Of a stretch of 32,000 nucleotides of DNA, positions 16,393 to 24,953 are shown piece after piece. A program made the position numbers and the translations under genes. The stretch is from the NCBI GenBank assembly GCA_963705375.1, contig OY970071.1:720001-752000 (forward strand), written 5' to 3'. The notes under the pieces were generated by a model. That model was given only the letters and a program-made list of their open reading frames with translations. It did not search any database and was not told the origin of the DNA. This DNA comes from Candidatus Saccharimonadota bacterium. Its GTDB lineage: Archaea > Micrarchaeota > Micrarchaeia > Micrarchaeales > Micrarchaeaceae. Numbering within the stretch: the stretch's first letter is position 1; the number at the start of each line of letters is the position of its first letter.

Positions 16393-17171
16393 CAAATCAC
16401 TTTGTGGGGATGTATCTTTGCCAGAGACTTCTCGACGCCCTTTACAGCGTCTTCACTCCATAGTGTTTGCCGTCCAGGATTTCCACCTGGTGCGAGCTTG
16501 CTAACGGTTATGTTTGAAATCGTGCATGCGTCGACTCCCGGAATGTTTCGTGCAGCCTTGATGGCATCGCATTCCTTGCTTGTTATGAACAGAAGTGCAT
16601 TCTTGAAGTGGCGCCTGACCGCACTGCGTCTGCTGCCGCGAATCTTGGGATCGTGGCTCTGCTCTATCCGCGCAGAAAGCTTGAGCTTGCCGAATATCTG
16701 CATGATTTCCTTTGTCTTCTTCACATTCTCTATCGCGTTTGAGACTACCAGCGGTGCCGTGCTTTTGTTTGAGGCAGTCGCAGCTATGGCACTCGCGAGC
16801 GCTATCTGGTATTCCTTCCTGTTTATTCTTTCAACGATTATTTTATCGACCATGTGCGGATGCGCACGCCTTCCCTTAGTTGCAGAAGGTATTCTCTTGA
16901 CCTTGCCCTGTACGCCACCTCCAAGTTTCTCTCGGGGCCTTATTGCGTGACCCATGTGCCTTCCTGATCTGAATGAATGCACTCGACCAAAGTATGCGGC
17001 GCTTGTTTGCATGCCCGCAAGAGTATAATGCCCCTGAGGCTGCAGCCTATAGGATTCTTCCGAGATGACTGCCCTCCTGATAACTTCTGGGCGCAGTGGC
17101 GAAGAAAACACTGCTGAAAGCTCCATCGAGCCCTTTATGCTGCCATCTATACCATATATGTTAACCGCCAT
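16392..17171 (-). CDS. rpl4: 50S ribosomal protein uL4
   Basis: 259 aa with SFRSGRHMGHAIRPR...GG...V.RIPSATKGRRAHPH. Operon position is between uL3 and uL23. Confidence 0.9.
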   Translation of the reverse strand: MAVNIYGIDGSIKGSMELSAVFSSPLRPEVIRRAVISEESYRLQPQGHYTLAGMQTSAAYFGRVHSFRSGRHMGHAIRPREKLGGGVQGKVKRIPSATKGRRAHPHMVDKIIVERINRKEYQIALASAIAATASNKSTAPLVVSNAIENVKKTKEIMQIFGKLKLSARIEQSHDPKIRGSRRSAVRRHFKNALLFITSKECDAIKAARNIPGVDACTISNITVSKLAPGGNPGRQTLWSEDAVKGVEKSLAKIHPHKVI

Positions 17172-17175
17172 GACT

Positions 17176-18120
17176 TCACTTCGCTATTGCAATGTAAGAC
17201 AGTGATGGTTCCTTTATCTCCTTCTTGAAGTTTCGTATTGCTTTTCGTACACGGACAAGGCCCTTTGCAGGACCAGGAACTGAACCACTTACCATAAGGT
17301 AGCTGTTTTTAACAACGCCATAATTTGTGAATCCCGCACTCGGATTTATGCTTTTGTCTCCAGAGTCGCCTATCTTGAATATCCTTTTGTTGTGCTCAGT
17401 CCGGTAGTTGAATCCCATCTGACCTTCATGCGGCACGGTGAACAGCATCTTTGCAGGAGTTGCAGGACCGAGGCTTCCTACGTGCCTCCTTTTTCCCGTT
17501 GCCTTGCGCGGCTGTCTAGAGATGCCGAATCTCTTTATGACACCGGCCCACCCCTTGCCTTTGCTTATAGAAAGCACATCGATGTATTCGCCGTTCTTGA
17601 AGATGTCCTTTGCAGTTACGTGCTTGGAGAGCAGCCCTACTAAGAAGTTGAATTTCTCTTCGACACTCTTGCCACCAACCGGTGATTCAAACCTAACAGG
17701 ATGGTGCTGGCCTATTCCTGTGCTGTCAGGATGCGCCTCCAGAAGCGCAGTGACTTCGGAGAATTCGTTTAGACGAGAACGCAATTTGTTGAGAGCCTCC
17801 TCGCTTTTTCCCTGCTTTCCTGATGAATCGTTTGAAAATTCAGTGATAGCAATTTTGTAGCTGGTAAGCGGGTCTCTGCCGTAGAAGCGCATCCCATAAA
17901 CACTTGTTTCTGGAATCTCTAGGACCGTGAATGCCTTGCTTATCTCTGCTCCTTTCGTTACAGATTCCGAATCGTCAACCATGGCGAGATGAGACATGCC
18001 CACCTTGTACGCGACGATGTTGCATATCATCGGCGTAGCTAAATTTGGTGCAGAGCGCATTCTAGGCAGGCGCTGTTGTGCGCGCCTATGAGGCCAGTAC
18101 TGCATCGAGCCCCTACGCAT
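17176..18120 (-). CDS. rpl3: 50S ribosomal protein uL3
   Basis: The ATG at 18120 gives MRRGSMQYWPHRRAQ... The protein also carries GKGWAGVIKRFG and GQMGFNYRTEHNKRI. The track start at 18129 is GTG. Confidence 0.9.
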   Translation of the reverse strand: MRRGSMQYWPHRRAQQRLPRMRSAPNLATPMICNIVAYKVGMSHLAMVDDSESVTKGAEISKAFTVLEIPETSVYGMRFYGRDPLTSYKIAITEFSNDSSGKQGKSEEALNKLRSRLNEFSEVTALLEAHPDSTGIGQHHPVRFESPVGGKSVEEKFNFLVGLLSKHVTAKDIFKNGEYIDVLSISKGKGWAGVIKRFGISRQPRKATGKRRHVGSLGPATPAKMLFTVPHEGQMGFNYRTEHNKRIFKIGDSGDKSINPSAGFTNYGVVKNSYLMVSGSVPGPAKGLVRVRKAIRNFKKEIKEPSLSYIAIAK

Positions 18121-18382
18121 GTCATTCACTAATATTAATCCTTAGCGCAAGAGAAGCAGAATGTCCTGCCGTCGTAACTTCTGCGCCGTATTCTTTATAG
18201 TCCATACCCTTATATACCTTTTTGTGTGTGGAGCAATAGAGGAAGTGCATCTGATTGTCAGCGAAAGCCTATTTTTCCATAATACGAGCAACCGTTTAGT
18301 AACTCTATCAGAACACCATCAGTAAAAGTCGTAAACCGACGTGTATAAATACTGGACGTTATGAGTTAATACTAGTGAGAAG

Positions 18383-18853
18383 ATGGTACTGACCAACGCA
18401 AAACAGCATTTGACTGATGATTTCCAGCTTCTGCGTGGAGGTTCTCTTGTAAAGACAGATCTTACCGCACTTGGCAGAATAGACGCCACCCACGAAGTAA
18501 TAGAGACATATGAACGCATTCTGAGAGAGGCCATGGAACGCCAGAAGGAGCAGATACTTTCTGTAGCTCCGAAGAGCATAGTAAAGAGCAGTGAAGTTGA
18601 GGCTTGGACGGAGTATGTCAAAGATGGAAATTTGCGCGAGGTCGAAAGAGTGTTTATGGCATTGGAGGCCCTTTCAGAAGGTATGAGACCTGCCGATGCT
18701 GTGGATGTAATTGACAAACCCCAGGGGTTGGAAGGCGAAGATGTTGAAAAACTTATAAGCGAAGTCGCCACACAAGTATCCAGATTCGCTCCCGATAGGA
18801 GATGGGGCGATAGCTTTGAATCGCGCTTGATAGAAAAGTGGAACATAGAGTAG
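18383..18853 (+). CDS. Hypothetical protein (156 aa), predicted all-helical and acidic
   Basis: ATG start with GTATAAATAC 32-41 nt upstream. Composition is protein-like, unlike the overlapping Ser/Phe-rich antisense ORF 18319..18885. No family recognised. Confidence 0.55.
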   Translation: MVLTNAKQHLTDDFQLLRGGSLVKTDLTALGRIDATHEVIETYERILREAMERQKEQILSVAPKSIVKSSEVEAWTEYVKDGNLREVERVFMALEALSEGMRPADAVDVIDKPQGLEGEDVEKLISEVATQVSRFAPDRRWGDSFESRLIEKWNIE

Positions 18854-19011
18854 AAGCAACTCTTAAAGAACGTAATAAGACACAACCACAGACACTAAGT
18901 ATAGCCTTCCTTAAAAGTTAGACAGTCTATTTTGGATAGAGAGACGCACGTCTATAGGCTCCTGTATCACCTGGCAGGTGTGCCATAAAAGAATTATATC
19001 TGCCTTTTATA

Positions 19012-19440
19012 TTAACGCGAAATATGCGACATTGAAAGGTCAGGGGCGTTGCCGTTGGTGCATATGCTCTTTCTAGGATCCGCACGCATGCTGGCTTCTA
19101 TATATCCATTCACTTGCAGCGTAGTCTCAGCACAGTATTTTGGATATGTCGCAGATATGACCTTATTTTCATATAATATTTCTTTATGATCTGAAGAGAA
19201 TATTTTGATTATTGCAGAGCGTATGCCTAAGAGAGTAACAAACGCGCCATCGAGAGACACTGCATTGGAAGTCAGGTCTGTCAAGATGCACCACTTCCCG
19301 ATATGTCGGTTCTCCTCAATCATGTCCACATAAACAAAGCGTTTGACATACGCATGCAACGCATTATACTCTACAACACTCATTTCCAATAATTCTTGCC
19401 GCTCGCTCGAGAGTTTTGTAGTAGGTTTTGCAGTAGGCAT
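19012..19440 (-). CDS. Hypothetical protein (142 aa)
   Basis: ATG start, 127 nt downstream of the transglutaminase-like gene on the same strand. No family recognised. Confidence 0.5.
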   Translation of the reverse strand: MPTAKPTTKLSSERQELLEMSVVEYNALHAYVKRFVYVDMIEENRHIGKWCILTDLTSNAVSLDGAFVTLLGIRSAIIKIFSSDHKEILYENKVISATYPKYCAETTLQVNGYIEASMRADPRKSICTNGNAPDLSMSHISR

Positions 19441-19567
19441 ACAATCAAGTAATGGGTCTTATTCTTCACATATTTAGCAGTTACAGTTGTGTTTGGAGTA
19501 TGACACTAATTTGAAAACAGTAAATGCTCGATTCTGTACGACAGCACGTACACAGCATAGGCAAAAC

Positions 19568-20455
19568 TTATCTGCGCAGATGCTTTCTCACTACGTTTAC
19601 TTTCGCAGGCACCAAATCTAATGACTCGACACTAACTGTGGGGCTCGCGTCGTCGTACGCTTGCACTTCAAAATGTAAATGGCCCCCATATGATGTGCTA
19701 TTTGTGCAGCCTATCTCTAGTGTGACCTGGCAAGTGGCCTCCCCAGATGAAAAGTTGACATTCTTTGGTTTTGCGTAGAAGCCATTCGGCAATGACTCGC
19801 CTATCGAGAGGCTCAGATCAGGGCAGTAATCTGCAAATGCTTTCATTAATTCGGGTGAATCGCCAACTAACCCGAAATAAGGATCCACCGGAACCCATAC
19901 ATCATTACCAACCCTGAGCTCGACCCAAGCATGACCGACAGATCCGAAGCAGTTTCCTTCTTTTAATATTATGCCGGGGATTCCTGCGGCATCGGCAAGT
20001 ACAAGCAATGCTGGCGAGAGATGTCGGCATTCACCATACCCTTTTTCGATAAGGACGGATAGAGGGATCTCAGGATGGTGACGGCTTACCTGCGCCAGTA
20101 TGTTGTTTGCGACCCACATTGCCCGCACAGGATCAGTTGTCAATAGTTCCTTAACTCTGTCGTCGGTGGCAGGTTTCACATAGTCATAAAGAAGTGCCAA
20201 CAACTCGCGCGGGCGGTGCTGAGCGTCTATTTTCATTAAGCGTTTTGCTTCATCAAATGCCTTTTTCAGGATTGGAGCTTTGGCGTCAATATCAACCCGC
20301 ACTGCGTCGGCAAGCACCATGCCAGGGATTATCACTGTTGGAGTTTTCCTCAAAACGATTTGAAATTCCAAATGAGTAGAAGCCTGATCAAAGCAGACGT
20401 CGGGGAGATCCACAACTCTTGATTTGCAATTTCCATGAGGCTTGCTTGATGACAT
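19568..20455 (-). CDS. Transglutaminase-like (papain-fold Cys-His-Asp) domain protein, cytoplasmic
   Basis: 295 aa. The core is GYGECRHLSPALLVLADAAGIPG (Cys), GHAWVEL (His) and WVPVDP (Asp) in the order and spacing of the transglutaminase-like superfamily. No signal peptide or TM helix. Confidence 0.7.
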   Translation of the reverse strand: MSSSKPHGNCKSRVVDLPDVCFDQASTHLEFQIVLRKTPTVIIPGMVLADAVRVDIDAKAPILKKAFDEAKRLMKIDAQHRPRELLALLYDYVKPATDDRVKELLTTDPVRAMWVANNILAQVSRHHPEIPLSVLIEKGYGECRHLSPALLVLADAAGIPGIILKEGNCFGSVGHAWVELRVGNDVWVPVDPYFGLVGDSPELMKAFADYCPDLSLSIGESLPNGFYAKPKNVNFSSGEATCQVTLEIGCTNSTSYGGHLHFEVQAYDDASPTVSVESLDLVPAKVNVVRKHLRR

Positions 20456-20485
20456 GACTATCAGAGGAATAATACGTATTTTCAG

Positions 20486-20495
20486 ATATATATAT
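20486..20495 (-). promoter_or_regulatory. TATA-like box for the transglutaminase-like gene
   Basis: ATATATATAT lies 31-40 nt upstream of the ATG at 20455. Confidence 0.3.
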
Positions 20496-20550
20496 GCGTG
20501 AGGTTCCGTTGGTGGTTGTTTTTAAACTGCAAAGACGGCTGCCGTGCTGA

Positions 20551-20835
20551 TTAACGTATTCTGGTTGAGGCTATGACCTGCAGCCTTCGTAGAACTGCAT
20601 TGGTCGATGCAATCAGCGCAGTCACATCTTTTGCACTAACCTCGAACTTTAAGACGTTACCGGTTTCTTTAACAACGATTGCGCTGCGTTTGTATGCTTT
20701 TGCAGTGCACGAAGCCAGTATGCGAGAATAATTGAGCGAGGGATCTTTCAGATACTCTATTGTGACCCGGGCCGTCTCAGTCGCTTGCTTCTCTAACGAG
20801 TGTTTTTTTTGCATCCTTTCCACCTCTTTCAACAT
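20551..20835 (-). CDS. pcc1: KEOPS subunit Pcc1-like protein, probable
   Basis: 94 aa (87 aa from the ATG at 20814). A...V.IEY.D...A..I..S......R....V.ETGNVLKFEVSAKDVTALIASTNAVLRRLQV resembles the Pcc1/CTAG family C-terminal helix. It sits downstream of a Brix-like gene, as in the conserved archaeal neighbourhood. Confidence 0.5.
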   Translation of the reverse strand: MLKEVERMQKKHSLEKQATETARVTIEYLKDPSLNYSRILASCTAKAYKRSAIVVKETGNVLKFEVSAKDVTALIASTNAVLRRLQVIASTRIR

Positions 20836-21118
20836 AAAGCCTCGTCTTGGTCGTTTTTAGGGCATACTCGTTGCCCCACACATAGCCATTGCCAAGGGCT
20901 TTGGCCTTGAGCACTGCAAGTTTCTGGGCCCTTTCGCCGTTAACGATTAACACATTGCTGAAGCCTTTTGATGATGCACAAGAAACGATGGATTTGATGC
21001 TTTTGGCCCCTCTCAGAACCACAAAAGGGTTCTCGAAAAGGGCTCCGAGCCTATCGCACGTGCCCAGAAGAGCCTTTCTTGGCATTCTGATGTTTCTCGA
21101 GAACGTTATATACGGCAT
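20777..21118 (-). CDS. Brix/Imp4-like protein, short (113 aa)
   Basis: MPYITFSRNIRMPRKALLGTCDRLGALF..PFVVLRGAKSIKSIV parallels archaeal Brix proteins (LTTSR.PS.RTR.F...L......RGK.SL...). It is only about two thirds of the usual length, and the tail overlaps the Pcc1 ORF. Confidence 0.5.
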   Translation of the reverse strand: MPYITFSRNIRMPRKALLGTCDRLGALFENPFVVLRGAKSIKSIVSCASSKGFSNVLIVNGERAQKLAVLKAKALGNGYVWGNEYALKTTKTRLYVERGGKDAKKTLVREASD

Positions 21119-21121
21119 GGC

Positions 21122-21700
21122 CTAATACCTGGCGGCAGTTCTAGCTGCACTTCTTCTGCCAGGCCTTAGTTTGTTTGTGCCTGCACCTTTTTGAGATATG
21201 CCGCGATGCCTTCTGCCTGCCATTGTAAGGCCACGGTACGCCCTGTTGTGCTGAGCCAGTATTCCAGCGTACTGCGGATCGGTCCTTATCGAAGAACTGG
21301 ACCTGTCTAGGAGTATAACTTCGTAGAACTTTCTCTGACCAGTATCACCTACGAAGTATGAGTTCAGCACTTCACAGTTTGAGAATCTTCTTGCAGCACG
21401 CTCTTCTGCGATGGCCTGCAGAGACTTGTTGTACGAGTAGAACTTTCCTGACTTTGAGGGCTTTCTGTGCAAGTGCTTTTCGTGCCGCGTGCTCTTTCCC
21501 TTACCGACACGCACCCTCGCAACAAGTATGCCTGGTTTTGCCTTGTAGCCCAGTTCTCTTGCCCGGGCTATGTTGATTGGTTTCTCGACTTTGACTATTG
21601 ATGGCGCAGAATTCCATACCGCCAGGCGCTCCTTATAGAGCTGCGACCTTTCCTTGTAGCCTTGCCTGAAAGCTTCCTTCATTGAATTGTACATGTTCAT
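21122..21700 (-). CDS. rpl15e: 50S ribosomal protein eL15 (L15e)
   Basis: Taken from the ATG at 21700 (MNMYNSMKEAFRQGYKE...). Carries ARARELGYKAKPG..VARVRV.KG, RKPSKSGK, EERAARRF.N.EVLNSY.VG.D...K.YEVIL.D. The track extension to 21787 starts at TTG. Confidence 0.9.
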   Translation of the reverse strand: MNMYNSMKEAFRQGYKERSQLYKERLAVWNSAPSIVKVEKPINIARARELGYKAKPGILVARVRVGKGKSTRHEKHLHRKPSKSGKFYSYNKSLQAIAEERAARRFSNCEVLNSYFVGDTGQRKFYEVILLDRSSSSIRTDPQYAGILAQHNRAYRGLTMAGRRHRGISQKGAGTNKLRPGRRSAARTAARY

Positions 21701-21876
21701 AATAGCACGTATTGGTTTTGACGACCAACAATTTATTACTTTGCACAAAGTTATGCTGCCAGGATTCGCATTGCCGTTTGAGTTCAAGAGCCTTACGAAT
21801 CTCTCACTGCCACAGTATTCAGTGATAAAGAGTTAAATACTTGGCGATATGGGCAAAATGCGCACGAATACCATAG

Positions 21877-22788
21877 CTAGCCCTGTAGAAATCCTATTAT
21901 CGACATAGAATTAAGTTTCATATATCGGTAAATATTGTATACAATGTCGATCATTTTCAGCTCTCTTCTTCGTAAACGCAAAAGTCTGCTATGTAATTCA
22001 CTCCCAAATTTCCTCTTTTCTACAAAATTCACTGTTTCTACCTTACTTCTTTGATGGTACTGTCGAATTGGAAAGTGCAGAAGTAACATTCTCCGGTACT
22101 TACCCTTCATATTTAACCCAGATTTTACTGGCCTCAGAGGTATTATTGATTTACCACCTATTACTTCACGTACAAATTCGTGGTTTGCCTCTGAATCATA
22201 TCCTTTGTCTGCGGTTACGTTTCTTATCTCAACTAATTCGCTACTTGCCTCTACAAGCGGTTTAAAGTCGATAGTATCGTGTCTTGGCACTTGTCTGGTT
22301 ACTGATGCAATTATTGCCGGATTATTTGTGTCTACGGCGATAGAATGTTTCATGAATTTCCTACGTTTACTTAATTCAACTCCAAATTCTGCCAGCCTTA
22401 ACCTATAATAATAAGACATGTAGTTCTCACCGAATCCAGTTCCATCTACTCCGACATTCGCCGTTTTTGCCTCAAATAATTGATACGTCTTAGACAAAAG
22501 GAATTCCAACACATATGCAGGTATCCTGCTAAGAAATTTCTGCAATGTTGTAAAATGCGATACTGATTTTTCAAATCGAAAATAAGTCCATAACTCCTTC
22601 AAGAGATCGGTTACATCACGATACGGTTTGTTCTCGTATTTCATCAACAATATTGCAACTGCATGTTGATATTGGGTATATGTTTTCTTTGAAAATTTTC
22701 CAGAATATGGCCTAAGCACCCGTTTCACTTCGCGAAACGCAATTTCTACAAATTTCTTATATTTAGAGTTCCAATTATCTACTATCAT
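21877..22788 (-). CDS. DDE transposase (IS4/IS5 type), copy A, 303 aa
   Basis: VDGTGF (D1), ADKGYDS (D2) and a Y-x2-R-x3-E-x6-K signature (YHQRSKVETVNFVEK). The ORF reads through the terminal repeat and stops (TAG) at the outermost 3 nt. Confidence 0.85.
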   Translation of the reverse strand: MIVDNWNSKYKKFVEIAFREVKRVLRPYSGKFSKKTYTQYQHAVAILLMKYENKPYRDVTDLLKELWTYFRFEKSVSHFTTLQKFLSRIPAYVLEFLLSKTYQLFEAKTANVGVDGTGFGENYMSYYYRLRLAEFGVELSKRRKFMKHSIAVDTNNPAIIASVTRQVPRHDTIDFKPLVEASSELVEIRNVTADKGYDSEANHEFVREVIGGKSIIPLRPVKSGLNMKGKYRRMLLLHFPIRQYHQRSKVETVNFVEKRKFGSELHSRLLRLRRRELKMIDIVYNIYRYMKLNSMSIIGFLQG

Positions 22789-22886
22789 TTTGTCGCCAAA
22801 AACAGAATGATAGGAGGGGTTTATACCCCTTCCGAAATAGTGGAAGTGTCAGACATTTACGACGTCAGGAGGATTTCTACAGAACC
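21877..22886 (-). mobile_element. IS4/IS5-superfamily insertion sequence, copy A (about 1010 bp)
   Basis: A 13-bp perfect terminal inverted-repeat core, CTGTAGAAATCCT (21883-21895) and AGGATTTCTACAG (22870-22882). ACCATAG flanks the element at 21870-21876 and 22887-22893. It holds a single transposase ORF. The exact termini are uncertain by a few nt. Confidence 0.85.
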
Positions 22887-22893
22887 ACCATAG

Positions 22894-23805
22894 TTAGCCC
22901 TGTAGAAATCCTATTGTCGACATAGAATTAATTTTCATATATCGGTAAATATTGTATACAATATCAATCATTTTCAGCTCTCTTCTTCGTAAACGCAAAA
23001 GTCTGCTATGTAATTCACTCCCAAATTTCCTCTTTTCTACAAAATTCACTGTTTCTACCTTACTTCTTTGATGGTACTGTCGAATTGGAAAGTGCAGAAG
23101 TAACATTCTCCGGTACTTGCCCTTCATATTTAACCCAGATTTTACTGGCCTCAGAGGTATTATTGATTTACCACCTATTACTTCACGTACAAATTCGTGG
23201 TTTGCCTCTGAATCATATCCTTTGTCTGCGGTTACGTTTCTTATCTCAACTAATTCGCTACTTGCCTCTACAAGCGGTTTAAAGTCGATAGTATCGTGTC
23301 TTGGCACTTGTCTGGTTACTGATGCAATTATTGCCTGATTATTTGTGTCTACTGCGATAGAATGTTTCATGAATTTCCTACGTTTACTTAATTCAACTCC
23401 AAATTCTGCCAGTCTTAACCTATAATAATAAGACATGTAGTTCTCACCGAATCCAGTTCCATCTACTCCGACATTCGCCGTTTTTGCCTCAAATAATTGA
23501 TACGTCTTAGACAAAAGGAATTCCAACACATATGCAGGTATCCTGCTAAGAAATTTCTGCAATGTTGTAAAATGCGGTACTGATTTTTCAAATCGAAAAT
23601 AAGTCCATAACTCCTTCAAGAGATCGGTTACATCACGATACGGTTTGTTCTCGTATTTCATCAACAATATTGCAACTGCATGTTGATATTGGGTATATGT
23701 TTTCTTTGAAAATTTTCCAGAATATGGCCTAAGCACCCGTTTCACTTCGCGAAACGCAATTTCTACAAATTTCTTATATCTAGAGTTCCAATTATCTACT
23801 ATCAT
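22894..23805 (-). CDS. DDE transposase (IS4/IS5 type), copy B, 303 aa
   Basis: Intact, with 5 aa differences from copy A (K9R, S76P, P157Q, L294I, I298T). The stop codon is TAA instead of TAG. Confidence 0.85.
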   Translation of the reverse strand: MIVDNWNSRYKKFVEIAFREVKRVLRPYSGKFSKKTYTQYQHAVAILLMKYENKPYRDVTDLLKELWTYFRFEKSVPHFTTLQKFLSRIPAYVLEFLLSKTYQLFEAKTANVGVDGTGFGENYMSYYYRLRLAEFGVELSKRRKFMKHSIAVDTNNQAIIASVTRQVPRHDTIDFKPLVEASSELVEIRNVTADKGYDSEANHEFVREVIGGKSIIPLRPVKSGLNMKGKYRRMLLLHFPIRQYHQRSKVETVNFVEKRKFGSELHSRLLRLRRRELKMIDIVYNIYRYMKINSMSTIGFLQG

Positions 23806-23903
23806 TTTGTCGCCAAAAACAGAATGATAGGAGGGGTTTATACCCCTTCCGAAATAGTGGAAGTGTCAGACATTTACGACGTCAGGAGGATTTCTACAGA
23901 ACC
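22894..23903 (-). mobile_element. IS4/IS5-superfamily insertion sequence, copy B (about 1010 bp), head-to-tail with copy A
   Basis: The same architecture shifted by exactly 1017 bp, with repeat cores at 22900-22912 and 23887-23899. ACCATAG flanks it at 22887-22893 and 23904-23910. Confidence 0.85.
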
Positions 23904-23995
23904 ACCATAGCTTACAAAATCACAAAGTTTGGTCAATATATGGGCTATAATGGTAATGGCTATATATGTAAAACTTCAAAGTATGTTAGAGCACA

Positions 23996-24733
23996 ATGAG
24001 CAACGAAGAGAAGCGTAGAGAATGGCGTAATTTGCTTAATGGAATGTTCGGACCGGCTACTTTGGACCGGTTGACGGGAATGAACCCTCACAATCCTAAA
24101 CCTACTCTAGAAACGCTTAGTAAGGAGCAGTCTGATGATGCTAAGGCTTTGATGATGGGAGCCAGGGAGATGGTAGGCGACTATGTACCGTCAGCATGTG
24201 GAGATATAAAAAGACTTAAAGACAGGACTCTGTCAGAAGAAGATAAAATGAAGTTGGTGGACGGAATAATATTCAAATTGGAGACCGCCACAGACATTTT
24301 TGGCACCATAGAGGTGGAGGATAAGGCGATAATGTGCCCGGAGTTTGAAAAGCAAACTCAATACGTTATCGACCATATAGTTGAGATATGCAATGATTGG
24401 GAACATTGTATGACGCTGCCTGAAGAAGAAGGCAATGAGTTGGCACTTAAAGTCATGGATGAAGTTAAAAGAATAGAAAAGAGCCCAGATGTAGAGGAGG
24501 CCTTCAGAAGAGTGCAAAACATAATATCACTCTGTGAGAAGATAAGGATGCTTGACGATAGTCTGCCTCAAGAGGAAAAAGACAGTTTAGTTTCTGAAAT
24601 TTCAGAAGGCATATACGCGATACAGACCCGCAACCTATATATACAGGTAGAAGAGTTGACCACAGTAAATGATTTGCTCAGAGACGAACACATAGACATT
24701 ACAATAACAGATGATGAAGATTCAACGCAGTAG
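23996..24733 (+). CDS. Hypothetical acidic protein (245 aa)
   Basis: ATG start with TATATATG 25-35 nt upstream. The protein is Glu/Asp-rich and helical-looking with 6 Cys. No family recognised. Confidence 0.5.
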   Translation: MSNEEKRREWRNLLNGMFGPATLDRLTGMNPHNPKPTLETLSKEQSDDAKALMMGAREMVGDYVPSACGDIKRLKDRTLSEEDKMKLVDGIIFKLETATDIFGTIEVEDKAIMCPEFEKQTQYVIDHIVEICNDWEHCMTLPEEEGNELALKVMDEVKRIEKSPDVEEAFRRVQNIISLCEKIRMLDDSLPQEEKDSLVSEISEGIYAIQTRNLYIQVEELTTVNDLLRDEHIDITITDDEDSTQ

Positions 24734-24921
24734 AGAGGGCCATCTGTTGATACTGTTGCAGAAGATACAGAACAAAGTCAGCCAAATAAGCCGTCAATGA
24801 ACGCAGATAAGGACCGCACAAAATGACCATATCCGACGCTGTATGGTGTCGTACTTGACAAATACACAAAAACTTGCAAATAAATTGGCACAAAGAAGAG
24901 CATATAAATAAGAGTTGCATC

Positions 24922-24930
24922 ATAAATAAT
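24922..24930 (+). promoter_or_regulatory. TATA-like box upstream of the long form of tfe
   Basis: ATAAATAAT lies 24-32 nt upstream of the ATG at 24954, the geometry expected for a leaderless or short-leader archaeal mRNA. Confidence 0.3.
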
Positions 24931-24953
24931 ATCACAGTCAACAAGGCACAATT

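Noticed and set aside
16375-16950. 191-aa plus-strand ORF
   Set aside because: It is antisense to uL4.
18319-18885. 188-aa minus-strand ORF
   Set aside because: It is fully antisense to the better 156-aa plus-strand ORF. Its Ser/Phe/Leu-rich, low-complexity composition is typical of a shadow frame.
18940-18985. Near-palindrome CACCTGGCAGGTG between convergent genes
   Set aside because: It is a 6-bp stem with a 1-nt loop that cannot fold as RNA. As a DNA site it is unsupported by any second copy.
21701-21787. 29-codon extension of the eL15 ORF
   Set aside because: It starts at TTG, and eL15 homology begins at MNMYNSMKEAF.
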